Source: Paraspadella gotoi (lineage: Eukaryota > Animalia > Chaetognatha). From it: 64,000 nucleotides of DNA. Positions 27,525-42,147 of this stretch are shown here, in pieces; the first letter of the stretch is position 1, and each line of letters starts with the position of its first letter. The translations under genes were made by a program, and so were the position numbers. The notes below the pieces were generated by a model. It was not told the DNA's origin, did not search any database, and was given only the letters and a program-made list of their open reading frames with translations. Location of the stretch: contig CM119269.1 of NCBI GenBank assembly GCA_051294375.1, positions 19,629,936-19,693,935 of the forward strand, in the 5' to 3' direction.

Positions 27525-28564
27525 CGAGAGAGAGAGCGAGAGAGAGAGGATTAGGGGAGAAAACGAGGATTTGGAGACGGGCAACACGAGCAGTCTGATT
27601 AAAGGATGCGAATAAAGCAAAGAGAGAGAAAAAAAGAAAAAGAAAAGAAAAACACTCATATTGTTTAAAATATATTAAAGTCTTTTTAATTACGTCGCAT
27701 TTTTTTATCAAACGCTCAGTGCAACAAAAATCGAATAATCAAAAAATACAAGAAACGAAAACCAATAAATATTTCTGCGTAAAATGCTATGGCAACAAAA
27801 TTTGTTATAAATTAGTACATTATAGTAGAGAAGTACAGTACAGTATAGCATAGTATAGTATATTAGAGTATAATATAGTAAAAAAGGAAGTTAGTTAAAA
27901 ATCTCAAGAGGATCTCAAGCAGCTGACACTGAAACAACGGACCAAAGTTACGTTGCCCCGTTCCCGGGCCTTTCATTCATTTGCCATTTTTATGCTGATG
28001 TCATCTCACTTGTTTTCAATTTTTTCACTTTTCAAACATAATCTTTTCTCTTTTTATTATTTCTACTCTTCCTATTTCTTCTTTCACACAATGCACAAAT
28101 ATGAAATGTAAAATCATCAAAACATTTAATAAATAAGCTACTTTGGTTATGGTGGTTTAACGCCTCCCCAGTACTTAGCTACTATAAAATGTATTGCACT
28201 CCGAACTAACATCAAAATACAAGGAGCTCAATTTCACGAAATTGGTTCAATCAATATAAAATTCTCCCTTTATTTAATGATAATAATAATTATCCTTTTA
28301 ACCTCCTCGCTTTCCCTCTTTCCCTATTCCTCTCTTCTTTCCTTCCTCCAATTCTCTCTCCTCTCAGCTTTCGATCCTCGCTCCTCCCCAATTTGTTTTT
28401 CCAGTTGAGGTCAAAATGTTATCGGATCCCATTCTTTACGTCTTCTCCCTCACAATGGCTGGACTTTCCCCGTTCTCTGTATTCCTATTCTCTTTCTCTC
28501 TTTATATTCTTTCCTCACTAAACTGTAAACATCGTTCCCCTAGTTCTCAACTCGCTATCTTCTG

Positions 28565-28636
<72 letters not shown>
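28565..28636. repeat. (TATC)n microsatellite
   Basis: Read directly from the sequence. Confidence 0.95.
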
Positions 28637-30302
28637 ACACTTCTCAGGTCTACTTCACCTCCTCTTTATCTCGTCTTTACTCTCTTCCCTCAGGTGCCCC
28701 GCAAGTTACAGGGTGATTTTTCTTGGGGAAGAAAAAAGAAATAAAATTAAATAGTGATTAAGTTGAATTAGAAAAAAATAGAATTTTTCAAAAAATTATA
28801 TAGTTATAAAACAGATAATAAATGCCAAAATCTGTAGAAAATCAAGACATTTATGATTTCGGGGGTTAAGAGAGAATCCAGTCTTTTTTCATTAAATATG
28901 ACAGATACATATCATTGTTATCGATCTGTAAGAGAGTCGCACCTGATGAATTTCAGTCAAAAAAACCTCGGGAGGAGAAATGATTTTAATCTCCACGCTT
29001 TCGCGAGCAAGCGTCATCCTTTCAGTTTTCAAGGTTTTAAAAGTTTTCTGAATTACATACTTTTTTAATAATAATATAAACTAAACTATCTTCGCTAATA
29101 TCTCTGCGAATTTTCAAAAGGTCCAACCCCAAAAGCGGCTCAACTATAGAAAACAAAAATACTCGAACCTACATTATCCTTCCTTCCGTCCTTCTCTTCC
29201 TCGGATGTCACCTTCGTTATTCTTCGTCGTCGTCGTCGTCGTCGTCGTCTTTTACCTCTTCCTCCTCCGCCTCCTCCTCCTCTTCCTTCACTCGTCGCGA
29301 ACAGAAAAAGTCTCGAATTTATGGCCGCAATTTACTCACTATTTTTGGGGTCCATGTCAGCGAGGATGTCAGGGACGATTTCTTTTCTCTTTCCCGCCAT
29401 TTCCTTTTCACCCTCTCCTAATATCGATACGGTCCTAAACGCACTCCCAGTCATTTTTTCCTTTCCCACGCTTTACCCTTATCGCTGACGTCCTCCCTTT
29501 CTCTTACCAAGTTCATTTTCCTATTCAGGACTTCTTTGTAAATCGTATTCCTTCTCGGAAGTTCTCCAATTCCTTTATAATAAAAGTTGTTCCACGATTA
29601 AAATATAAAAATCATAAAACTAACTAAAAATCATAAAATTTAAAAGAATTGAAAAAACTGAATAAGGAAACGAATCAAGAAATGGTTAGTAAATGAATTG
29701 ATCTTACAAAGATAATAGGCTTTGTAAACCGATGTGAATTATTTTTAATGATATTTCAAAAAATCAGTAATGAATCGGGATCGGACGCGATTAGCCGCCA
29801 ACGAAATACTGGACAAACAAGTTATGAACACTAAGCTGCCTTTCAATAACGCGCGAAAAAAAAACATCAATGAGCAACAAATCCTCTAATTCAATATTTG
29901 TCCTTCACCTTTGATGGAACAAATTCAAACTTATCGTGTTTTTCTCGCTGTCACGTGCGTTAGTCTTTTTTTTGTTTTCTCTCTGTCTCTCTACCACTTT
30001 TAACTTTTAGTGTTTTTGACGATATCTTCCTTCCTAACTATGCAGTATGATTAAAGATAATCCTGATTCGTTTATTGACCTCAATATTGTTTTTTTTTTT
30101 CAATCTTATTTGTTGTGTTTTGTTTTGTAAAAAACCGTTTCTATTTTCCCCGCCATTTTGTTTTTTCTCCGTCGAAACTCGCGCCCTCTCTCTGCGCCCC
30201 GCTGTTTTATCTCGCGAGAGAGCAGTGATTAATGTTTTTGCTCTTTTGTCTCAGTCTGTTGTCTGATTCACAAAATAGATAAAACTCTGCGGGAGCGGGA
30301 GT

Positions 30303-30346
<44 letters not shown>

Positions 30347-31018
30347 GCAACTTCGGATAATGGATTCTCTCTATTCTCTAATCTTTCCGCGTTTTTTTCC
30401 GGATGATCATCTCCCATTACGTTTGATGTTAGCAATTTTTTACTGACACTGAACTTGCGAAACTAAGATAACAAAAGATGAACGTCTGAGAGATTGGAAA
30501 TAATTGATTAAGGGGTTTTTATTTTCCAAAAGAAATATAAAAGATTATGTTCAAAACAGTAAAAACCAAAGAGAGTATATAGCAATTGATTATTAAACAA
30601 AATTGTTTTAAAAACGGAGATAAAAAGTGAAAAAAATTAATTTTACGAACGGAAAAACTCAAGGACTCAATGTGTCCGTTTATCACTTCTTAAAAAGATG
30701 TGAATCTTATGAAAAATTTTTTTATAAAATTCACTTTTTTGATGTTATGAAAATATATTAAATTTAAACGAATTATGTGGCGATCAAGAAAATTTGAAAC
30801 AATTCTAACTCAGAACTTTTGGGCATTGATTTCATTCCTTCACTATTGAATGACAGAAAAACTTTTTTATGTTAATTAGATCATGAATAGCACTTTTATT
30901 CAAGTTTTGCTCAACACATAATTTAAATTAATATTTTAATATAAGGCATAAACGACAGTTTTATGCCCGATCTACGTATTCGTCCCAGATTTCTCGGCAT
31001 CGATTTCTGATTCTTCAA

Positions 31019-31578
31019 TTAAGTTTGGCTGGTGTCTTCAGGGTCGAGGCAGATGCCCGCCGCGCAAAAACCGGAACAACAAGCCGTATCTTCTTCGCAA
31101 TCCTCCTCGTTATCAGCGCAGCGCTGCAATGAAAATAAAAAGGTCAGCAATAGAATTAAAATGTTGATATATTCATATTCATTTTAGCTTAAAGTTTGTT
31201 TTTGTTTTTGTTTTTTTTGCACAATTTTGATTAGAAAAATTAGGGAAAAAAACACTATTCGGTAGAATATATTTTAAGATATACAGATACTAATACTTTT
31301 GACTTTTTCCTCACCTTCTGCGCAAGCAAACTCTCAAATTCCTCCCGCAAGAGACGAATCAATGAACGTTTAAGAACGTTCACTTCTCCGATCTCCTTCT
31401 TCTGGTTGATTGGGAAAATATAATAGAGAGATCACATTTTATTGCGCGAATGATATGAAATATAAAAAATCAATATTTACGGTATGACAATATTATTTCT
31501 TTTACTCACTTTTTTGATAGTAGAGGCCTCTGCCATTACTACCATCATCACGATGGTCAAGAAAATAAAAAACTTCAT
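31019..31578 (-). CDS. Secreted inhibitor-cystine-knot (knottin/conotoxin-like) prepropeptide, 86 aa, 3 exons
   Basis: Exons 31578-31510, 31401-31315 and 31123-31019, GT-AG, all phase 0: MKFFIFLTIVMMVVMAEASTIKK/KKEIGEVNVLKRSLIRLLREEFESLLAQK/RCADNEEDCEEDTACCSGFCAAGICLDPEDTSQT*. Signal peptide, KR site, C-C-CC-C-C. Confidence 0.88.
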
Positions 31579-32752
31579 TGTTTTTTTTTTTTTTTGTGAA
31601 TGTGTGTGTGTGTGTTTGTGTTTGACCTAAAAAAATAGTTTCGCTAATCAGATAATTGTTTTTACTGCTTAATACGTATACGATTAATGAATATAAATCT
31701 CTTATTAGTTTTTTGAGTGTTCAAAACTGTCCATCCATTTCTTGAGTAGTTTTTTAAACAACATTGACAAAGTTATATTTAAAAAATGAGATAAGTTTTT
31801 TTCAAAAATTCTCAGAAAAGAAATTGTAAAAAAAAAATACTTACTTTTTAAAGATTTTGGAAGTCGTAGGAAAGAAATTGAATGCCAAAATTATCTCTCC
31901 CTGATTTTTTCTTCTTTTATGTAGAGATTTAATTCGAGCATGACATAGGTCACGTTTTAAGATGTTGAAAATCAAGATTTGTTTCGCCTATCCTCGAAAA
32001 CAATCAAGCTATTTTTGAATAAATTTTAAAAAATTATTTAAAGTAGTAAAAATTAAAATATTTTTTTGAAAATAGGTATAATTATAAAAGAATGTATCAA
32101 AAATATATTTCCATCATTGTAAGCCTTATTAGCAAATAACAATCTCACTAAATGACTTCCAAAGGAAGCATAGACTTTTATAACTGCGCACAGGTCAAGA
32201 AAGTAATCTAATTTTGCGCAACAAAAACTGACGTATCGCGTTAAAATGTTCATTTTACCATTATCTTAATATCTTAAAGTTTTTGATCAACGACTGAAAG
32301 CTAAGATCTTGAAGTTTCTAAAATGTTTTCGGTTTTAATCTACATGTGACCGTTTTCAAGTAATAAAGGCCAAAAGTTATTCTCAAAATAGCTCGAAGAC
32401 CCTGTAAAACTTGATAATATATGATGTCAAAAATAAATTAAACTAGAAGTACGTATGATGCATATTTTCATTATTTTCAGATTAATCCTTGAGAGTTTAA
32501 GACAAGACTTTCTGTATAAGAATCCACCATAACTATGTTAACAAGAGATAAGAAGACCGAGGTTAACGGGGTACTGATAGAGGACAGTGATCCTAGAAAA
32601 AAGGGATGGCTAATGAGTAAGGAAGTCAATTCAAACAATATTAATGAAAACAAGGGCAGGGATAACCTGTGAAGCATCTATGACTAGAAAAGTTATAAAA
32701 ATTTATAAGGTAGATAAAAACTGTTATGTTCGTCTTATAATTATTATTTTTA

Positions 32753-32754
<2 letters not shown>

Positions 32755-32824
<70 letters not shown>
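32755..32824. repeat. (ATT)n microsatellite
   Basis: Read directly from the sequence. Confidence 0.95.
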
Positions 32825-32828
<4 letters not shown>

Positions 32829-33650
32829 TAATAATGGCATTATTATTATTCCGAGACACAGAATCCGATTCCGAGTAGTTAAAATTTCTGAAACCAAAAT
32901 GTGTTGTCGTTTTGTTTTTTAAGTTTTCGCTCTTTTCCGCGAGATGTCCACAGCGCTCGGGACTCAGTCTCTGTCCGACTGAAAACTGAAGGAGGAAGAC
33001 TTCCTGACGACGACGACAACGACAACGACGCTGCTGCTTAAGACTGAAAAGCCATCGCCGCATCGTGAGATGGTGCGAGCGCCCGTTATATATCTCCCTC
33101 TCGTTTTTTCTTTCCTTATCCCATGACCCCCGTAAGTTATCGTGTTAATTACCATCATTTTTTTGGTATTTTTCCTCGCAGGACAGAAAAACCGAAGGAT
33201 GATTTCGGTTTCGTCTCAAAGAGAAGTTGTTTTCGCTTTGATCGCCGCCGTTTCGTCGTGAGGATCTTGTGTCGCGGCGACGATGAACTAAATTCACGGT
33301 GAAAACGTTACTTGAAAAAACTGCGGACACTATCGTCGGGCGATTCGGCAATTTCGTGACGGCACTCCCGTATCGACGGCAACGGTGGCATCCGCCGGGC
33401 GTACGGACGAGGAACAACTCCTACCCCTCCAGGAGCGCCACCCAGAGGCTAGTGAAAATGATATAGTTGGGAGAGAGGTTAGAATTCAATGTAACGTTAA
33501 ACGTTAGAGAGAAATTTCATTGGTTTGTGTAAAGCCCGCAGTCTTTGAATCTGTACCTAAGGCTAAATATAAAAGCGTTTAGGATGCTTACAAAAATTTA
33601 AAAAATAAAACCTCGGCCTTTTAAGTAAAATCCTCTCTTTCTTTTCTTAG

Positions 33651-36600
33651 GGGGAGGGGGAGGAGGAGGAGGGGGAAGGGGGCGAAGACGGTGACGCCGG
33701 AGACGATCCTATCCGTGGCGCCAAATCCACCGTTGCCGCCGTCGACATCTCCGATCGCGCCCAGGCTTCGAAGACGTCGTCCTCCTCCAAGAATCAGCAT
33801 CTTTCCGTCAACGCCGCGACGTCCAAGGGCGGAGTAGGGATTCCTAAAGCAGCGGCCAGCGGCGCCGGGAAAAAAGCGGGTGGCGCCAGCGCAGATTCAC
33901 CGGAGGATCAGACTATCGAGGCGACTCCGGTCACCCCAATTTTCAAAGTATTCGCTGATAAGGTAAGATCTCCCTTTCGGTGTCGGCTGTACCACGTAAT
34001 TACAGTATTCTTATCTTCGACCAACTGTTTGTTCTACTTTTGTCGCAGGAACTTTCCCCCCAGCGCCTTCCTCTTCTGGGCTCCGCCACTGAATCTAATC
34101 TCGCCATGGCCGAAGTCCCCAATGGCACGGCGGGGCGCGTCCCTCAGACGACGCCGACGAAGATAATGAGCCTGCCGCCACCAACGCCGCTTCGGCCACC
34201 GCCGTAACAAACCGTTGCCAAAGAGAAACCTAACGGAAACGGCGCAGTGCAGACTCTCGGAACCTCGGAATCGAAGACGGAGGCGAAGACGGAGGCTACG
34301 AAGGCGACGGAGCGGACGCAGACGACACGTGATGTCAACGGCACCCTTCGCGCCAGCGAGACCGTCGTCTCTAGCACGCCCGCTGCAAAGGCCAAAGATC
34401 GAGCGCCCGTTGGAAGCAGACCCTCTTCCAGGGGACAGGACAGGTTCGGAGTGCCATTATTTCGAATTTACATAGAATTTTGCTTTATGGTTATACTCTT
34501 CAGTCGTTTTTGCTTGCCGGTGTACTCGCACAGCAAAGTCAACTCTAACCGTTCTGCGAATATTCTGAATAGAATCTATACTTTTAGCCTATGTTTCGCA
34601 GAACTAATCAAAACACCGAGCGCCATCACACTGGGGGGCGCGCCGAAGATTCGGTAGCGGGGCATCAGTCAGGAAGTCGGGCGGCCTCACGGACGACGAC
34701 GGGAAGCTCAAACGTTCTCATGGTGAGATATATGTATTTTATTCTTCTTTATCAAAATAACTTTGATTCGTGATGATGGAGTCTAATACGGGGTGTTATT
34801 TTGTAGTCATTTAGAATAAAGACCAAGATGCTATTTTAGAAATCACGTAAAGAATATTCGTGAAATTTTAGTTCCTTTCGACAATACTTGTCTACTTCTC
34901 AAAGGTCGGCCCTAATTTTCGCGTCGGAAAGAAAATCGGTTGCGGAAACTTTGGCGAATTGCGGCTCGGCAAAAACTTGTACAGCAACGAACACGTCGCC
35001 ATTAAGCTGGAGCCAATGAAAAGCCGGGCGCCTCAACTACACCTCGAGTACAGGTAAGAAAGAGTTGTAGAGACGGACAGAGAGTTGGGAAAAGCTTGAG
35101 TACATCGATCGCTGCTCTCTTTCAGATTCTACAAGCAGCTGGGAATGAGCGAAGGATTGCCACAAGTTCATTACTTCGGACCCTGCGGCCGGTACAACGC
35201 GCTAGTCCTCGAATTGTTGGGTCCATCGTTGGAAGACCTTTTTGATCTCTGCGACCGGAAGTTCTCGCTGAAAACTGTCCTCATGATCGCGATTCAGGTA
35301 TGAACATCATCTCAGTTCTGTCTAATAGTGAAGATTTGTCAGTCAAAATGGAAAGTTTGTTCCCCAAAACAGTGAAATCGTGTTGTGGTACGATTGTCCT
35401 GATAACTCTTGTGATGAGTTCGTTGATTAGGTTTTCATTTGTGACGGTGTTTGTGTTGTGTTGTGTTTTCACTGGTAATTGTTTAGCTTCTCATCGCGCC
35501 CTTTCAATTTCAGCTTCTCGATCGCCTCGAGTACGTCCACTCAAAGCATTTGATTTATCGAGACGTGAAACCAGAGAACTTTCTAATCGGACGACAATCG
35601 ACAAAAAAGGACAAGTGTATCCACATCATAGATTTTGGATTAGCCAAAGAATACATCGGTAAGTGATATAACGGTTTGGTTATAAATATTGAACTTATGA
35701 TATACGGTACTTGGAATACTTTTTAACATTTAATCTTGATGCGTTAATCCTTTCTTTTTCGTTGTTCATAGGTATTAGAGAGAGCAAAGAATTATGCTGA
35801 TGAAGGCTTGAAATAAGCAAGCCGAAACATGTCCAACTACTAATAAAAAATCGTTGTTAAATTCAAAATTCTTTGCTCTCTCTAAAACATTTAATCTTGT
35901 ATTTCCCGATGATATCACTGTACTTACTACTTAGTCTTATTACCATTTTATATTTTATTCTCAAAGATCCCGAAACGAATAAGCACATTCCTTACCGGGA
36001 ACACAAGAGCCTTACTGGAACGGCTCGATACATGAGTATTAATACTCACCTGGGTAAGTTTAGCATTTTGATTACTGTTGCGTGTAGGGCACTGATGTTT
36101 AATTGTCTATTTGAAAATTTTGGGGATTATTGTTCCTGTTATCGTTTAGAATTTTTTTCAAATAGCATTATTTAAAATCATACTGATATTGAGTGAAAGT
36201 GTATGAGCATCGATAAATAATAAAACTATAAAATCTATGCGTAGGGAAAGAGCAAAGTCGTCGGGACGATCTGGAAGCCCTTGGTCACATGTTCATGTAT
36301 TTCTTGAGAGGGTCCCTTCCTTGGCAAGGCCTGAAAGCGGACACTCTGAAAGAGCGTTATCAAAAGATTGGAGACACCAAGAGAGCCACACCCATTGAGG
36401 TAATCGAGTGAGTGAGTGAGTGAAGTGAAGTGAGTGTGAGTCAAGTAAGAGTCTTACGACAATACGTTTTCGGATTTTCGCAGGTTTTGTGCGATTCCTA
36501 TCCCGAAGAAATGGCCGTTTATCTTCGCTACGTGAGACGGTTGGACTTTTTCGAGACTCCGGACTACGACTACCTGAGGAAATTGTTCACGGACCTGTTA

Positions 36601-37200
36601 GAGAGAAAAAACTTGGACAACAACCAAGTTTTTGACTGGACGGGCAAGAGTTTGACGACTCCAATGGGGTGAGTCAACCTGGGAGGAAAGACTTTGCCAT
36701 GTTCTCACCATCATAATTACTTTCATTATTTACACTATACACTTGTACAATGAAGTTTATTTAATTCGTCAATTTTCAATTTTTTCAGAACCTCTCACGC
36801 CACTGGCGGCGGCGGAGGCGTCGGTGCAGATGCCGCCGGCAAGGACGGCGCCGGGGCCGACGGCGGCGCGGCCACGGGCACTCCAGTTCACCACCACCAC
36901 CACCATGACCGCGTCCGCCACCCAGCCCAGCCCGGCGCAACGAACAATCATAACAAAGCCGATCGAGCCGGCTACAACACGGGAACGCCGCTCATCAGCC
37001 CTGGGGGCGGGCACCATCACCACGGCGGCGGGCACCACGCCGAGACGGGAGCCGTGGCCTCTACTGCCGGGGGCATCGAGAGCGACCATACCCCTATCCA
37101 TCCCAACCCCGCCACAGTCTCCATCCACTCCTCGTCCCAGTGCTGCGGATTTTTCCGGCGAAGGAGAAAAAAGCAAAAATCCCCGACGCGCCGGCCGTAG
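33651..37200 (+). CDS. CSNK1G: Casein kinase I gamma (gilgamesh-like), multi-exon; true start uncertain
   Basis: Exons 34602-34721, 34905-35053, 35126-35297, 35514-35658, 35967-36053, 36245-36399, 36484-36668 and 36789-37200 give [51 protein letters not shown] and a C-terminal [12 protein letters not shown] palmitoylation-type motif. Upstream exons 33651-33962 and 34049-34443 have compatible splice phases. Confidence 0.93.
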
Positions 37201-40200
37201 TCGGGAAGAAGGGGAAGAAAGGTGGGGAGAGCGGAGGAAAGATGGAGGGAAGAATGGAAGAGATATGGGATAGAAGCGGAGTAAATTCAAGGTGCTGCGA
37301 AGTTTATATAAGAATAAATGGGAGGAGGAAGGTTTTCGTTTTCAATTCTTACCCCCTCATCCTTCCTTTCTATTATTTCTAAAGATTGAGGTGGGGGCGA
37401 AAGGAAGACGAAAGGTGACTTACCTCTTTTTTCTTTCCTCAAATCGCTCCCAGACTCCTCCCCTGAAAGTCCACTGTCGATAGAGGAAAATAATAACCGA
37501 TGAAAAACTCTACATAGTGCAAATTTTCCTGGTCGTCGTATTAGATTATTGGATGTTTTTCTTTGCTCTATTTTATTCTTCCTTCGTCCCTTCCCATCTG
37601 GTCTTACTTACTTTTTTGCTCTGGTCCTTTTAACCCCTACCCCCCATACTTTTAAACCTCACTCCGCATCTCTCCTCTTATCGTCCTTTCTGGTTGACCG
37701 TCAAAGTTGCCCTCCCTTTTCTTCCAATTTTTCCAATTCTTTAAATTCAAAAATCTCGTTGAGAAACAAATACAAATATATAAAACAAAAAATAACGTTC
37801 TAGATATTTTTTTTCTCATCATAAATTTAAAACTGCGTTTCACCAACTAAATAATTACTATTATTAAGTTTTTTTTTTATATCGTGAACATGTACAAAAA
37901 TATGTTTGTAATTTGACAAAAAAGATGACCACGATCCCTCCTTCGCGCGCACTGGTTTTAATCGTTGATTTTTTTTATGACAGGTACTGTTTTTTTTTTT
38001 TTTTTTGATGCCGTAATGTTTTTTTCTTTTTTTTTCTCAGTTTGGTTTTCTTCCCTACTTTTTTTGTGCCAGTGGATAAGATTTGAATTAGGTTTTTTAC
38101 TTGGCAAAAGAATCCAATAAACCAAAACTTTTGTCTCTATCTTTTTTCAATTTTATGTACTGATCGAAAAAAATTTACTTCAATTAAAGACTACCTCTCA
38201 CTTTGTTTCCGTTACATGCGTAACCATCCTGATAAAAAATAACACAAAAAAATTCATGTCTTAAGCTTTACGAATGTATTTATTTTTATTTTTTTTTGTC
38301 AAGGTTGCAGAAGCAAGAATGTGTTTAGCCTCTAGGTTCCTATAAAAACGTGTAAAAGATTCTTTTGTTTTAGTTCCTTGTATCATTGTCGAAAAAGGGA
38401 CATGAAAAATCGATCAGAAAACGCCTATCAATTTATGATGATTGCCCGACCTTGCTTCGTCTCATATCAATTTAAGTTTGAGGTAAAATTTCTGGCTTCC
38501 ATTAAAAAAAAAATCGTTAAAAAAAGCCTCCACCTCTTCCCGATTGTCACATGGCATAGCTAACTACGACAAAAAGTTTCAATTCCAAAAATCGTACTAC
38601 TAGTCCATAATTTTTTCTACTTTACCAGAGCAAATTCTTCACAAAAACATGACGACAAATAGCGCCTATTGTGTATTTAGGTTTTTTGGTATAAGGATGG
38701 AATCATCTTGATTTTGCTGTCTCGGAAGTTAATGAACATTTACCTTTTGAGAGCTTTCATGGTCTACGATTTGTGAGTTTGTACCGCTACTGCTGCCATT
38801 TAATATGGTTTCATTATTCCTCAATTATACTTTGTTTAAGAAAATTATAATATTAGCTGAATAAGTTTGATCCGCCAGTTTAGTTCCGGGGTTAGATAAT
38901 AAGATATGCATTGATGAAAACTCCGGTGGAAGAACGATATAAAACTACAGGGACTTCATCTAGACTGACAAGAAAAAACTAGTTATTTAATCCAAACGAA
39001 GAGCAATCGGGTTATAAAATTGTATTATACTTATAGAAAAAAAATTCTTCTACCAATTCATAACATAATAGCGAGGATTCTGGCTATGTTATAGATATTT
39101 TCCTCAGGGTAAATTTCTGAAAAAGCAGAATTTTTAATAGGATTTTATTATCAATCCTTCAATTCCTATTAAAACGATTTTTTTTTCACGCTTCATTTTT
39201 TTTATTATTAAGATACTGTAGTATATGTATCACAAACCAGATTAAATTTTTTTTGTATAATATGAATACTTGATAATAATCATTACGTTTTACTCTTAAA
39301 ATCTATTAAAAATAAATATTTTAGTTTGGGGGGAAAATTATGGAAGACGACTTTGTTCATAATTAATAATAGGGGTAGCCCCACTAAATGGGGTTAGTCA
39401 AAAATTTAGAATGATTACATGCTAAAACGAAAATTTTTACATTTTGAAGTATACTTTCAATGGACAAAACATTTCCTATGTGGCTCTATACCCAAAAATT
39501 TAATTTTTTAATATTTATTTATAAATGGGATAAGCCAAAATTTTTTTGATAATTTCTAAATTTTAACATTAGATTCAGATAGCTCATAAAAAGTTGTCGA
39601 CACAAAGTATAATTCTTTTTTAAATATTTTCATGATAAGTGAGTCAAAAATAAGAAAAACCGTAAAAAATCATCATCATCATCATCTTTCGATGATTTTA
39701 TCATTTTTTAATATTTTCACATAGAAAACGTAAGTATTTTTAAAAGCTGTAATTATATTTCCAAGGTGTTGCGCCGCATTATTTTTCTTTTTACTTTTTA
39801 TTTCTTATTATTATTACTTATTTCTTTAAAAACAAAAGGCGGCGCCAGTAGTCGCTTAGATTTTATTTTTAACAAATGAACAATAAACTATAGGCAAGTT
39901 ATAAGCGTTTTTAACGTAAGTGGGAAAGACCGACGGACCGACCAACCGAAAAGTAAGCACTCGCGAGTAATCGCGGCGTAACTAAATAAAGAAAAGTGAT
40001 TCCGCGCTTGACACCAACTGGGATTATACTATGAGGAAATTTGAATATTTTTAGCTCAATGGTGATGGCTCGCCTATACCTGGATATTGGGATTAAAGAG
40101 CCGAAATCCATGAAGGGTATAGGTTCCCAACTGATGACCTTCCCATTGTATAAAAATAAAAGATAAAAAATATTCAAAAAAGAAACAATTAAAAAGTAGA

Positions 40201-42147
40201 ATAAAGAAAAAATATAACTTTAAAATTATATTCATGACATAAAGGTGCCCCTATAGACCTTTCCCCGGTATGTATCCCTATCAGAACATACAATTCTACA
40301 TGGTAGTCTTATCCCTATTGGTAAAAAAAAAAAATCATATATAACTTTGGTCACCCCTCAAAAAATTATCCATTCCCACCCCTTTCTGTTCAGCCTCTTA
40401 GATATTATGATTTTTCATTAATGACTTTCTAACAGAAATGATGTGTGATATCTATTAGAAAACTAGGACAGATAGTAATCTAACCTTGTGTTGTATAGAT
40501 GCTCCCTCTATTTCCAGAAGACAACACTGACTTCCCCTTCCCAAATTGAATTATTAGATAAATAAAACATTTTTAAGAAAGAAAGCAATATATATTTGAA
40601 TAAATAATAAGATTAAATACTAAATCCTTCATAAAATATAAAAATAGAAAATAGTGAAACAAGTAATTTGCAAATTTTCATAAACGTCAAGTAATTTTAT
40701 AACTAATAAATATTATAAAAGTAATATACAGTGAAAGATTTACGAGTTTAATCAAGTCTTTTCGTATCGGTACAGATTGATGTCCCTGTAATAAAACAAA
40801 GAATACCTAGTTAATATGAATACACTAGTTAAATTGGACTTGCGTCATGACTGAATCTCGTTTTATAGGCAAAAAGGCTTAGTAGAACACACACCAAAAA
40901 AAATTCTCCGCATTTATTTCTAAAATTATTTTTCGCTGTCGTATCTGTAAAACAAACAATTTGACTACAAACGTAATAATGGTAATATTAAAACATATTT
41001 TAGTTTCATAACAACATTCTCAGAGGATTGACGAACATTACAAATTCTTTATTCTGGTGCCGAATTCTAATAAGGCAAATAACATAATATTGAATCATTT
41101 TTTTAGCCGGATCTGCTTACAGCAGATTCCTGCTCTATAATTCACTTTGTCGGTCCTCCCCCCAATCTTGTCGGGCATTCACTTATATCATGTCAGAATA
41201 TCGAATTATGATAAATTATGCAAAAAAATGTCCGTCTGTCCGTCCATCCGTCCCACCTTAGCAAAAAACACCAATTATTCGTGATTTGATGGATGGATTG
41301 GAATGAAATTTGTGTGTGGGTAGGAAAGTGTGTGATTGAGCTGGAAATCAAGTTTCGATAGAATTGTCCGAGTGGAAATGAGTTAAAATGGAAAAACAAA
41401 AAAATATATTTCACTATTTGAACGCCAATTACTCATGAGTGAATGGGCGATTGACTGATGGAATCGTCCAAGTGGAAATGAGATAAAATTGAAAAATCAA
41501 ACAATCTGTTTCACTATTTGATTATGCTTTTTTTATTTTATATTAAATGTAAATTCAAGCTGCATTATTTAATTATTAATAAATAATTAATTATTAATTG
41601 TAATTAATTAATTTTCTGATCGAGATTGTTGTTTTGTGATTGATAGGCGAGACAAAGTGGAAAACGATTTTGACATAAATTTAAAAAAATTAATATTAAT
41701 TAATTAATTAATTAACTAAAGTTCGTGGGCAGATCCGGCATTGTTTGCTCAAACTTGTTTAAATATGAAAGCATATTTTTTGATGAAGGCAAAGTCTAAT
41801 TGTAATTCTGATTAAAAAACTTCTCCCAAATCATTTTCTCTGTCTTTTTTCTTCTTTTTGTCTTCCACTCCGAAGTCTAAAAAAAAATAATAATAAAAAG
41901 CATATGAGGTTAAAACCACTTCATATTGACTGCAATGCATATATTTTGAAGCAAGCAATATTCTAACATACTACCAATTGACATTCTGGCGAATATTCTT
42001 TTTGACTCTTGTTTCTCTGTTGCTCATGACATTTCAAAATATTTTTTTATCTCGGAAACCTCATGTATCTATATATATATCTTTATCTATTTGCCCTCCT
42101 AATATAAGTAAGTCTCTCTGGTAATCAAAATGAATTAATCTTCTTCG

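Noticed and set aside
36743-37290. 176-aa and 173-aa ORFs
   Set aside because: Alternative-frame and antisense shadows of the GC-rich last CK1 gamma exon.
39370-40252. DNA transposon with TAGGGG..CCCCTA ends
   Set aside because: The inverted match is too short and there is no clear TSD or second copy in the window.
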